Shown: piece by piece, positions 18,583-28,230 of the stretch
Position numbering within the stretch: position 1 is the first letter of the stretch
How the letters are laid out: every line of letters begins with the position of its first letter
From: an uncultured delta proteobacterium
GTDB lineage: Bacteria; Desulfobacterota; Syntrophorhabdia; Syntrophorhabdales; WCHB1-27
Assembly (NCBI GenBank): GCA_963810935.1
Contig: CAWEPK010000008.1
Span: forward strand, 96,001 to 160,000
Reading direction: 5' to 3'
DNA length: 64,000 nt
Program-made: the position numbers and the translations under genes
Notes under the pieces: model-generated
Told to the model about the DNA's origin: nothing
Database searches by the model: none
The model's input: the letters and a program-made list of their open reading frames with translations, nothing else

Positions 18583-19170
18583 TTACTTCCGAAACAACTT
18601 TAAGTATTCGCCGTAACCATCCTTAACTAAATCATCTTTCGGAATGAAGCGCAGGGCTGCTGAGTTCATGCAGTAGCGCAGGCCCGTGGGCGGCGGACCG
18701 TCTTTGAAGACGTGGCCCAGGTGCGAGCCTGCGTGCTTGCTCCGCACCTCGATGCGTCTCTCGATTACAAAGTGCCTTTCGGGCGTCTCCACGATATTGG
18801 CCGGGTCGAGCGGCCTGGTGAAGCTCGGCCAGCCGGTGTGCGAGTCGAACTTGTCGAGGGAGCTGAACAGGGGCTCGCCCGAGACGATATCGACGTATAT
18901 GCCTTCCTTATAGTTCTTGTCGTATTCATTCTGGAACGGCGGCTCGGTGCCCTCTTTCTGCGTCACCTCGTATTGCAGGGGCGTAAGCATCTTCTTCAAC
19001 TCCGCGTCGCTCGGTTTCTTGAAATGTCTCCAATCCATACCGGTCTGCCCCTTTGCGCGGCCTTCGGCCCCCGCGCCGGCCGTCTGGCTATGCGCTGCCC
19101 CGTGCCATACAAAGAGAACGAGCAACGCCGACAAACCCAAAACCGTCCGTAATGTAGTCCGCCAATTCAT
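18583..19170 (-). CDS. msrB: Peptide methionine-(R)-sulfoxide reductase with signal peptide
   Basis: [33 protein letters not shown]-terminal Sec-like signal ending AHS. Confidence 0.93.
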   Translation of the reverse strand: MNWRTTLRTVLGLSALLVLFVWHGAAHSQTAGAGAEGRAKGQTGMDWRHFKKPSDAELKKMLTPLQYEVTQKEGTEPPFQNEYDKNYKEGIYVDIVSGEPLFSSLDKFDSHTGWPSFTRPLDPANIVETPERHFVIERRIEVRSKHAGSHLGHVFKDGPPPTGLRYCMNSAALRFIPKDDLVKDGYGEYLKLFRK

Positions 19171-19230
19171 GCGTAATCCCCTTTTAGTTGGAGTATATAG
19201 CGGGCGAAGGCCGGTTTCAAGGCACGGGGA

Positions 19231-19977
19231 CTAGCAGCAGGTCACGTTCTTATCCGCAAGGGCGTGCCGGAGCCGATCCACCATCTGTGAAACGTACGAG
19301 CCGTCAAGCCATTGCGTGAGCTTATGTTGCTTGTAAATGGCGGCTGTCTTGAAGGGGTAGTTCATCCTGTCGATCAGGACGCTGTCAACGTGTGGGCGTA
19401 TCATTTCGGCCAGCCTTTCCGGGTCGAGGGGCAGCATGGGGCCGATAAATACATACGTCGATATGCCCTCGCCGTGCAGTCTTTCGAGGGCCTTGGCCCG
19501 GGACTTTACAGGCGGCGCGGACGGCTCGAATATGCGCCTTACTGCGTCATTGTCCGTCGTAATGGTGATGCCTACGTCGAGGGAGCGGAACTTCTTCAGG
19601 ACGTCGAGGTCGCGCAGGACGAGGGGCGACTTGGTGAGGACTTCGACAGGGAGTGGGCCGTCAGCCAGCACTTCAAGACACGCGCGCGTCAGTCGAAACT
19701 GGCGCTCGGCGGGTTGATAGCAGTCGGTGACCGAGCTTAAGAGGACAGTGCCTCCAGCCGCCCTGCGGATTTGCCTGGCGAGAAGGGCCGCGGCGTTAAC
19801 CTTGACGTCGAGGAATGCGCCCCACGGCTCCTTGTGCCCCGTAAAGCGGCGCATGAACGTGGCGTAGCAATAAGAACAGGCGTGAGCGCAGCCGACGTAC
19901 GGGTTGACGCAGTAAGCAATGCCGGGTATGCCGGACTTCGAAAGGATCGACCGGGCGTGTATCTCTCTTGGCGTCAA
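19231..19977 (-). CDS. Radical SAM protein (spore photoproduct lyase-like family)
   Basis: NPYVGCAHACSYCYA (CxxxCxxC), SSVTDCYQP, TKS..VLRD. Confidence 0.85.
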   Translation of the reverse strand: MTPREIHARSILSKSGIPGIAYCVNPYVGCAHACSYCYATFMRRFTGHKEPWGAFLDVKVNAAALLARQIRRAAGGTVLLSSVTDCYQPAERQFRLTRACLEVLADGPLPVEVLTKSPLVLRDLDVLKKFRSLDVGITITTDNDAVRRIFEPSAPPVKSRAKALERLHGEGISTYVFIGPMLPLDPERLAEMIRPHVDSVLIDRMNYPFKTAAIYKQHKLTQWLDGSYVSQMVDRLRHALADKNVTCC

Positions 19978-20081
19978 GGTTTTATTATACCACGGCGTTG
20001 ATGACGTTGATGGTGGCCTCTACAATGCCCTTCCCACCGCTCCACTCTTGACTATCCACCCCCGCCATTCTAAAATAGTGT

Positions 20082-20576
20082 GTGATCCGAACGATTAAGA
20101 CGCACCCGGACGATGTCCTCAGGCGCGTCGCTCAAGACGTCGACTCTATCACCGAGGAGATCCGCACCCTTTGCGACGACATGGTCGATACCATGGCCGC
20201 CGCGAACGGTGTCGGGCTCGCTGCCAACCAGGTGGGCGTCTGCCTGCGCGTCATCGCCCTGGAGACGGGCACGGAGAAGGAGAGTATCCCCGTCGTCATC
20301 ATCAACCCCCGGATTCTGGGGTTGGAAGGCGAGGAGACGGCCGAGGAGGGCTGCCTCTCTGTCCCCGGTTTCTACGAGTCGGTCAAAAGGGCCGGTAAGG
20401 CCATCGTGTCGGGGGAAAACCTCGAAGGCAGGAGATTCGAGGTCGAATGCACCGGCCTGCTCGCAAGGGCGGTACAGCATGAAGTCGAGCACCTCGACGG
20501 CATCCTCTTCATCGACCACCTAAGCCCTATCAAGAAACAGCTTTTCAAACGGGAGTATGGCAAGGAGAAAAAGTGA
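20082..20576 (+). CDS. def: Peptide deformylase
   Basis: GVGLAANQVG, EGCLS, QHEVEHLDG. Confidence 0.95.
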   Translation: MIRTIKTHPDDVLRRVAQDVDSITEEIRTLCDDMVDTMAAANGVGLAANQVGVCLRVIALETGTEKESIPVVIINPRILGLEGEETAEEGCLSVPGFYESVKRAGKAIVSGENLEGRRFEVECTGLLARAVQHEVEHLDGILFIDHLSPIKKQLFKREYGKEKK

Positions 20577-21514
20577 AGCTCTTTTTCTTCGGGTCGTCGG
20601 GCTTTTCCGTGCCGGCGCTCCGCGCCTTGCGCTCATCGATTTCCCTGGTCGTTACAAAAAAGGCAAAGCCGAAAGGCAGGGGATACCTGCTGGACGACAA
20701 TGACGTGAAGCAGGCGGCTCTTTCCGCGGGCCTGCCCCTCGCCGAGATAGGCTCTTTTAAGGACGACGAGGCCAGGCTGCTCGCGGACCAGCGGCCCGAC
20801 CTCCTGGTGGTCGTCTCGTTTGGCCTCATCATCCCAAGGTGGTTCCTCGATGCGCCCTCGGCAGGGGCCATAAACGTGCACCCGTCGCTCCTGCCGAAAT
20901 ACCGGGGCCCGTCGCCCATGCAGTGGGCCGTGCGGAACGGTGACGCAGAGACCGGCATCACAATCATCGCCATGACGGAGCGCATGGACGCGGGCGACAT
21001 ACTCTACCAGGAGAAGACACCCATAGGGCGGGATGAGGACATGGCCGCCCTCTCGGTGCGCCTGTCTTTGCGGGCCGGGGAGATATTGCCTCCCGTCGTG
21101 GAGAAGATGATGGCGCAAGGCATGGCAGGGGCCGTGCCCCAGGACGAGGGGCAGGCGACTTACACGTCCATGGTCACAAAAGAGATGGGGCTGATCGACT
21201 GGAACGCCGCAGCCGATGAGGTCTTGCGGCAGGTCAGGGCGTTCGTGCTGTGGCCCACCGCTTATACGTTCCTGGACGGCAGGATGTTGAAGGTTTACAG
21301 GGCCAAAATCCCGGCCGGCGCCTATCCGCGCGAGGCGGGGCCCGGCACTATCGTATCGGTTTCTCCGGAAGGCATAGAAGTCGCGGCAGGGAGCGGCTCC
21401 GTCGTCATAGAAGACATGCAGATAGAGAACCGCAAGAGAATGTCCGCCGCAGACTTCGCCAGGGGCTACAGGCAGCTCACCGGAAAAAAGCTTGCCCCTG
21501 CGCCTGCCCCGTAA
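20573..21514 (+). CDS. fmt: Methionyl-tRNA formyltransferase
   Basis: INVHPSLLPKYRGPSP, MDAGD; follows def. Confidence 0.95.
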   Translation: MKLFFFGSSGFSVPALRALRSSISLVVTKKAKPKGRGYLLDDNDVKQAALSAGLPLAEIGSFKDDEARLLADQRPDLLVVVSFGLIIPRWFLDAPSAGAINVHPSLLPKYRGPSPMQWAVRNGDAETGITIIAMTERMDAGDILYQEKTPIGRDEDMAALSVRLSLRAGEILPPVVEKMMAQGMAGAVPQDEGQATYTSMVTKEMGLIDWNAAADEVLRQVRAFVLWPTAYTFLDGRMLKVYRAKIPAGAYPREAGPGTIVSVSPEGIEVAAGSGSVVIEDMQIENRKRMSAADFARGYRQLTGKKLAPAPAP

Positions 21515-21593
21515 TAGATTTTATTAGTTACGCGTAAAACGAGCGTCACCGGAAAACAGGCAATAGAGAAAAATATAATAAGGGAGGGTTGCC

Positions 21594-23406
21594 ATGTCGG
21601 ATGACCGCAAGAAAAACAGATGGCATCAGCCGGCGTCAATTCTTGAAACGGACTGCGTTCGGAGGTGCAGCGGCCGCTGCATTGGGAGGGGGGCTCACTG
21701 CGGGAAGCACCCCCGCACTGGCCGCCGCCGCTCCCAAGCCCCCCGCCAAGTGGGACCGCGAGGCGGACGTTGTAGTCATAGGGTCAGGGGCAATGGGGCT
21801 TCCCGCTGCCATCGTTGCACGCGAGGCAGGCGCGAAGGTCATCGTCGTCGAGGCGAACTTCGATATAGGCGGCCACGCCATAACGAGCGCAGGCAACGTC
21901 CCTCTAGGGGGAGGTACGAGCGCACAGAAGAAGGCCGGCATCAAGGATTCACCGGACCTTCTCTTCCAGGACCTGACCGACTGGTCCATAGTCCAATCAA
22001 ACGGCTTCCCCGACTACAGGTACAACGACCGCGAGATCATCCGGGCCTTCGCGGATAACAGTGCGCCCACCTACGAATGGCTCGTAGACCACGGGGTAGT
22101 CTTTATAAACAAGCCGCCCGATAATGCCGGTGGTAACTCGATAGGCAATTCCGTCCTGAGGGAGATGCACGCGGCGGCAATGGGCTGGCCCATGGTCCAG
22201 ACGGGCAAGCCGGTGGACCCGACCATCCAGGCCACCACCACGACAGGCAACGGGCTCATGCGTCCTCTGGAGGTTGCGGCGAAAAGGGCGGGCGTCGAGA
22301 TACTGCTGAACCACAGGATGACGGCGATCTACCGCAAAGGGCCTGATGAGGGGCGGGTGCTCGGCATCATGGTGGACAACAAGGGCAGGAAGATCAACAT
22401 CCGCGCGCGAAAGGCCGTCATCATAGCGACGGGTGGCTCTACGGGGAACGTCAATTTCCGCCGCATGTTCGACCCGCGCCTCACGGAGGAATACTGCGGC
22501 CTCGCAGGGATGCCGTGGACGGACCAGGACGCCAGCGGGGAGTTGGCCGCAATGGCGATAGGCGCCTCCCTCTGGGGCCTTTACAACCAGGTCGGGGAGT
22601 TCGGCCCGCCGATCGCCAAGCCGGGCACCATCGGCTGCCAGTACAATTACGCCAACCTCCAGTGGTTCCCGGGCAGCGCGGTCTTCAAGCTCGCCCGCGC
22701 AACGGGCCTGCGCGTCGCGAACTGGCAGGACGCCATTCTGGTGAACATGATCGGGAAGCGCTTCTACGACGAGACTGCGGGCCAGTTCCAGGCCAACAGC
22801 CGGGGGCAGGTCGAGCCTTACGTGCACGGCAGCTACCTGAACGCTAAAAACATCAAGTACGACCCGCCCAACTTCTTAAACGCGGCCCTCGCCGGGATAG
22901 GGGACGGAAAAAACGGCGGAGGCCCCATCTGGGCGATCTTCGACGCGGACGCCGTTGCCAGGGAGCGATGGAACCCGAAGCCGCCGCAGGTCGATATCGA
23001 CGCAGGGTTCTTTTTCAGCGCAAGCTCGATTCCGGAGCTTGCATCGAAGATAGTCATGAAGTACCAGCGCGTGCCGATGCCGCCCGCAAGTCTTGAGGCG
23101 ACGGTCGCCAGGTACAACTCGTTCGTCGATGCCGGAAAGGACGAAGATTTCGGCAAACCGACGCCCAAATATAAAATCGCGAAGCCGCCGTTTTATGCCG
23201 CATGGGCAACGCCGGTAGTCCATGACACGCGCGCCGGATTGAGGATAAATGCAAAGTGCCAGGTGCAGGAGATGTCCGGCCGCGTCATCCCAGGCCTTTA
23301 CTGCGGGGGTGAATCCGCAGGGGGTTTCAGCGAGCACGGCCTTGCAAGGGCCACATGCCAGGGTTATATAGCAGGAAGGAACGCGGCGGCTGAAAAGGCA
23401 GGATAG
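21594..23406 (+). CDS. Tat-exported FAD-dependent oxidoreductase (flavocytochrome c flavin-subunit superfamily); probable extra A near 21613
   Basis: SRRQFLK Tat motif, DVVVIGSGAMG, IATGG, PGLYCGGE; ATG 21594 follows GGGAGG and joins the main frame if one A of the run at 21612-21616 is removed. Confidence 0.85.
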
Positions 23407-23440
23407 GCGAGAGCATTCTTTGATTTACCGGAGGGATATC

Positions 23441-23866
23441 ATGAAGAGCGCGGCCCGCGTGGCCTTTATCGTACTGTGCCTGTCGGTTGTGGCCTTTTTC
23501 GCTTATCTGAAAAGCGGCGCCATGCCTCTGTTTGCCCAGACCGCACCGGCAACCGGCGCTACGGCGAAAGAAGCCTGTCTCAAGTGTCATGGGCCTTATG
23601 ATAAGCTCGCGGGCGCTCCGGCCGCGTATGCTGCGCCGAGCGGCGAGAAGATAAACCCCCACGTCTACGTTCCGCACTCGTCGAAGGAGGCGAAAGCGGT
23701 CCCGGAGTGCACGAATTGCCACCAGCCCCACGCCCTGCCTCCGAACAAGGCGCAAATCAAATCGCAGCCCGCGCCGGAAGTCCAATGGTGCTTTACCGCC
23801 TGCCACCATGATAACAATTTCCAGCCCTGTCAAAACTGTCACAAAGATATGAAGCCGGCACAGTAG
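23441..23866 (+). CDS. Small tetraheme cytochrome c
   Basis: Signal peptide; CLKCH, CTNCH, CFTACH and CQNCH heme motifs; NPH/PH distal histidines. Confidence 0.85.
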   Translation: MKSAARVAFIVLCLSVVAFFAYLKSGAMPLFAQTAPATGATAKEACLKCHGPYDKLAGAPAAYAAPSGEKINPHVYVPHSSKEAKAVPECTNCHQPHALPPNKAQIKSQPAPEVQWCFTACHHDNNFQPCQNCHKDMKPAQ

Positions 23867-23910
23867 CATCACTTAAAGCCGCTTCTCAGCGATATAAATA
23901 CACTTTTTTA

Positions 23911-23939
23911 TTGACAGGGAGCCAATTCGCTTCTATTAT
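23911..23939 (+). promoter_or_regulatory. Sigma70 promoter of the mltD-like gene
   Basis: TTGACA-N17-TATTAT. Confidence 0.7.
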
Positions 23940-23948
23940 CAGGAAGCA

Positions 23949-25803
23949 TTGCGACGAATGGCGCCTATACGGCTTTATATAACTACTGGTTGTGCGGTCC
24001 TGCTATGGGCCGTTTTTTGCTTTTTCGCGAGCGGATGCTCGACCGGCTCCCATTACGCAAGGCCGACGGAAGTTGCAGCATCGGACGATCAGGCAGCCTC
24101 GCAGGACGCCGATAGCGGCACGCAGCCCAAGGCTGCAAAGAGCGGCCGGCAAAAAACATCCGTAAAAAAAACTTATGATAACAAGACGGGCAGGGAAGGG
24201 GACAGGTCGGTCCTACGCGCAGACGGCACGGACCTGGCGTCAGACCCCTATTCCCTCTACAGGAAAAGCGATACCGACGCAGACCTGACCCCGCTGCTCA
24301 CCGACGACTACCTAAAGCAGTTCGACATCCCCATCGTGCTTAACGACGCAGTCCAATACTTCGTCCGGTACTATATGACGGAGAAGAAGAAGGTTTTCAC
24401 CAACTGGCTGCGCCGCTCGCGCCGGTATATCCCCATGATCAAGGAGATCATGCGCAGGCACGGGCTGCCGGAAGACCTCGTTTACGTCGCAATGATAGAG
24501 AGCGGATTCAACCCGAAGGCATATTCCTCGGCGAAGGCGTGCGGTCCCTGGCAGTTCATTTACGAGACGGGCGGGCGGTATGGGCTGCGCGTCAACCACT
24601 GGGTGGACGAGCGGAGGGACCCGGAGAAATCGACGATAGCCGCCGCCCTCTATTTGAGGGACCTCTTCAACCAGTTCGGCTCGTGGAACCTTGCCGCTGC
24701 CGCTTACAACGCAGGCGAGAAGAGGATCGAGAGAACGATCGAGATGTACCAGACAAGCGATTTCTTCGAGCTGATGAAATATAATACACTGCCGAAGGAG
24801 ACGCGGGAATATATACCCAGGCTCCTCGCTGCGGCCCTTGTCGCCAAAAGCCCGGAGAAGTTCGGCTTCACGGGTTTAAATTACGACGAGCCGGTCAGGT
24901 TCGCAAGCGAAGGGGTGCCGGGCGGCATCCCTCTAGACGTGCTGGCGCGGGCTGCATGGACCGACGTAGAGTCGCTCAGGAGCCTCAACCCCGAGCTTCT
25001 GACGAACGTGACGCCGCCCGACGTCGCGACGTATACGATCAATCTCCCCGAGTCCACCCCGAAAGACAGGTTCCGTGCGTCCCTCACCGCGTCCATGCGG
25101 GCGGAGAAGAGGGTCAAGCGGGTACAGATGTACACGTTCAAGAAGAAGGACAAACTCGTCGACGTCATGGGCAAACATGACGTAAGTTTCGACGACCTCC
25201 TGCTCGTCAATACGTGCGACCGGGAGATAAAGGCGAAAGTGGGCGCTGTCGTCTACATCCCCAGTTTTTACGGCTCACGGCGCGCGATGGAAACGGCGCG
25301 CGATACGACAGGCGGGGAAAACGCGGCGCAGCCGGATAAAACAACCGAGTCCGAGGCGAAAGCACAGCCGGAACCCAATGCGCAGCCCGAGGCCAGGCCA
25401 CCGAGCAGATGCGAGCGAGCCGCAGGAGAAGCAGCCTGAGGTAATACAGGTCGCAAAGCAGCCTGACGTGATGCGGGTGGCGGCACTCTCCGAGGGAAGG
25501 GAAGGGTACGAGGGCGGCCGCGAGGAGATCGCCCTTGCGAAGATACGCGCCAAATACGGCATCGAGCCCGCGGCGTTGAAGGAGACGAGCGCGTCAAGGA
25601 AAAGCTCCGTCCGCCCCAAAGCCAGGGGGGAGGCAAAGCCCGAGATGAAGAAGCAGCCCGCGAGCGTTAAGGGCGCAAAGGTCGCCTCTTACCATGCCGC
25701 AAAAAAGGTGAAGAAGGGGAAAGCGAAGACCCGGCCGGCAAGCGTTAAGGATACGGGTCACAGCAAGAAACAAAAGACGCGGACGGCCAGGGCCGGGCTT
25801 TAA
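23949..25803 (+). CDS. MltD-like lytic transglycosylase lipoprotein (SLT + LysM-like; apparent +1 frameshift near 25404)
   Basis: Lipobox ASGC; AMIESGFNP, GPWQFI, AAAYNAGE, PKETREY; C-terminus continues in ORF 25378-25803. Confidence 0.85.
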
Positions 25804-25819
25804 AGAACGGCGGACACTT

Positions 25820-26272
25820 CTAAACCTTGAGCACCAGGTTTATCATGTCACCCCTCGAGAAACCCATCGCGTGAAAGAACTGGAGAAGGTCCCAGTCGTT
25901 CCAGTTGACGAGGGTGTAGATCGTATCGACGCCGTACTTCATAAGATTTTCTACACAACTGTTTGCAAGCTGTTTCGCAATGCCCCGGTTCTGGTAATCG
26001 GGGTCGATGCCTATTGTGTCGACCCAGCCGATGTTGTTAGGCACCTTGAACTCCCACCCGCTCACTTCTCCGAGTATGAAGCCCACGACCTTGTTGTCTA
26101 TCTCGGCCACAAGAGAGGCGTCGTGCGGCCTCGATTCCGCCTGTTTGACGATCTTCGTCAGCCAGTAATCCCTGCGCGTCTCTCCCAGCACCTTCGTGTC
26201 GATGTTTACGATAGCGTCCAGGTCTTCCTTTTCCATGATGCGTATCGAAAGATTATCAAGAAAATTGCTCAT
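25820..26272 (-). CDS. GNAT family N-acetyltransferase
   Basis: VAE...VVGFILG, IGIDPDYQNRGIA (motif A), FFHAMGF. Confidence 0.88.
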   Translation of the reverse strand: MSNFLDNLSIRIMEKEDLDAIVNIDTKVLGETRRDYWLTKIVKQAESRPHDASLVAEIDNKVVGFILGEVSGWEFKVPNNIGWVDTIGIDPDYQNRGIAKQLANSCVENLMKYGVDTIYTLVNWNDWDLLQFFHAMGFSRGDMINLVLKV

Positions 26273-26500
26273 GGTTTACCCCTTAGCGGTCAACTTGTGA
26301 ATTCTATAACATATCCTGCATAAACCAATCAAGATTATACGTACTCTTGGCATGTAATTATGCGATACTTAGATGAAAAAGAAGATAATTCAACCACTAA
26401 GGCTTGCGCCGGGCAGAAAAAACGCGTACCGGGTCCTTTGTGAATTATACTTATATGTGACAGGTAGCTGTCTTCACATAAAACCATTCTAAGGTGGTCT

Positions 26501-28180
26501 ATGACGGAATTCGATGCATTTGAACGGGAATACTGGGAATGGCGCCTCCGCGAGTTTCCGGAGCTATCTACCTGGACCGGCGACAACCGGTATAACGACC
26601 GGCTCCAGGACATGTCATGGGAGGCCGTAGAGCGCCAGCGGGCCGACGAGCGCGCCATGCATGAGCGCGCCCGCGCCTTCGACAGGCAGGCGCTTTCGGA
26701 GCAGGACGCGATCTCTCTCGATCTGCTTTTATGGGAACTGGAGCAGGCGGTCGCATCGCACAGGTTCCCGCCTGTCATGGTGCTGAACCAGATATGGGGA
26801 CCGCACCTGATGCTCCCGCAGTTGATGTCCGTAACGCCCTTCCGCAACGCCGCCGATTACCGCAATTATGTCGCCCGCCTGAACGCTTTTCCCCGGTATC
26901 TCGAACAGGCCGAGGCGCTACTCTTGCGCGGCATCGAGACGGGGTGGGTGCAGCCGGCTGTGCCGTTGCGTGGCGTACCCGACCAGATCGGGGGCCAGCT
27001 CGTCGATGATGCGGAGAAAAGCATCCTTTTTACTCCCTTCGGGAATGTGGCAGGGCAAATTGGGGAAACAGAGCGCGCGGAGCTGCGGTCCGCCGCCCTG
27101 AAGGCTATACAACAGGGCGTCTTGCCTGCACTGGCCCGCTTCCGGGATTTCGTGACAGCACGCTACCTGCCGGCCGGCGACCGTCCTATCGCGGCGACGA
27201 CGCTCCCCGACGGTCAAGCCTATTACGATCAATCGGTCCGCGAGCATACCACTACGGACCTGACCGCTGCGCAAATCCACGAAATCGGGCTTAAGGAAGT
27301 TGCGCGCATCCGTGCTTCCATGGAGGCGGCCATCGGGCAGGCAGGGTTCAAGGGGAACCTTGCGGAGTTCGTCGCCTTCCTGCGCTCCGACCCCCGCTTC
27401 TATTTCTCGCAGGCCGACGACCTTGTGACTGCCTACCGGGCCATCGCGAAGCGGGCCGACGCGGAATTGCCGGGCCTCTTCGCCGAGCTGCCCCGGACCC
27501 CCTACGGCGTGCGCGCTTTTCCGGACTACGAGGCCCCGAGCCAGACCACGGCCATGTATTTTCCGGGGGCATCCGACGGGTCGAGGGCGGGCTACGTCAT
27601 GGTCAACACGTACAAGCTCGACATGCGGCCGCGTTACGAGATGGAGGCGCTAACGCTCCACGAAGGCGTTCCGGGACACCACCTGCAGATCGCAAGGGCC
27701 CAGGAGCAACAGCACCTGCCCGATTTCCGCCGCAACGCCGGATACAACGCCTATACGGAAGGATGGGGCCTTTACGCTGAAAGCCTCGGGACCGAAATGG
27801 GGTTTTACACGGACCCGTATTCGCGGTTCGGCCAACTGACGTACGAGATGTGGCGCGCCTGCCGGCTGGTGGTCGATACCGGCATGCACCAGCTAGGCTG
27901 GTCGAGGCAGAGGGCCATCGATTACGTAAGCGGGAATACAGCCAAGACGGAGCAGGATATCGCCGTCGAGGTGGACCGTTACATCGTCTGGCCGGGCCAG
28001 GCCCTGAGCTACAAGATCGGCGAGCTGAAGATCAGGGAACTGCGCACTCTTGCAGAACGCTCACTCGGCGAGCGGTTCTCCATCAGGACTTTTCACAACG
28101 CACTGCTCGATGACGGTCCGCTGCCGCTCGCCCTGCTCGAAGAGCGCGTCCGCAAATGGATCGCGTCCCACTCGTCATAG
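26501..28180 (+). CDS. DUF885 family protein (putative metallopeptidase)
   Basis: LHEGVPGHHLQ, EGWGLYAE, RLVVDTGMH, EVDRY..WPGQALSYKIG. Confidence 0.9.
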   Translation: MTEFDAFEREYWEWRLREFPELSTWTGDNRYNDRLQDMSWEAVERQRADERAMHERARAFDRQALSEQDAISLDLLLWELEQAVASHRFPPVMVLNQIWGPHLMLPQLMSVTPFRNAADYRNYVARLNAFPRYLEQAEALLLRGIETGWVQPAVPLRGVPDQIGGQLVDDAEKSILFTPFGNVAGQIGETERAELRSAALKAIQQGVLPALARFRDFVTARYLPAGDRPIAATTLPDGQAYYDQSVREHTTTDLTAAQIHEIGLKEVARIRASMEAAIGQAGFKGNLAEFVAFLRSDPRFYFSQADDLVTAYRAIAKRADAELPGLFAELPRTPYGVRAFPDYEAPSQTTAMYFPGASDGSRAGYVMVNTYKLDMRPRYEMEALTLHEGVPGHHLQIARAQEQQHLPDFRRNAGYNAYTEGWGLYAESLGTEMGFYTDPYSRFGQLTYEMWRACRLVVDTGMHQLGWSRQRAIDYVSGNTAKTEQDIAVEVDRYIVWPGQALSYKIGELKIRELRTLAERSLGERFSIRTFHNALLDDGPLPLALLEERVRKWIASHSS

Positions 28181-28230
28181 CCTGGTTCGCCTCTCATAGC
28201 GGGCGTCCGGGCCGGTAAATCCGGGCCGCC

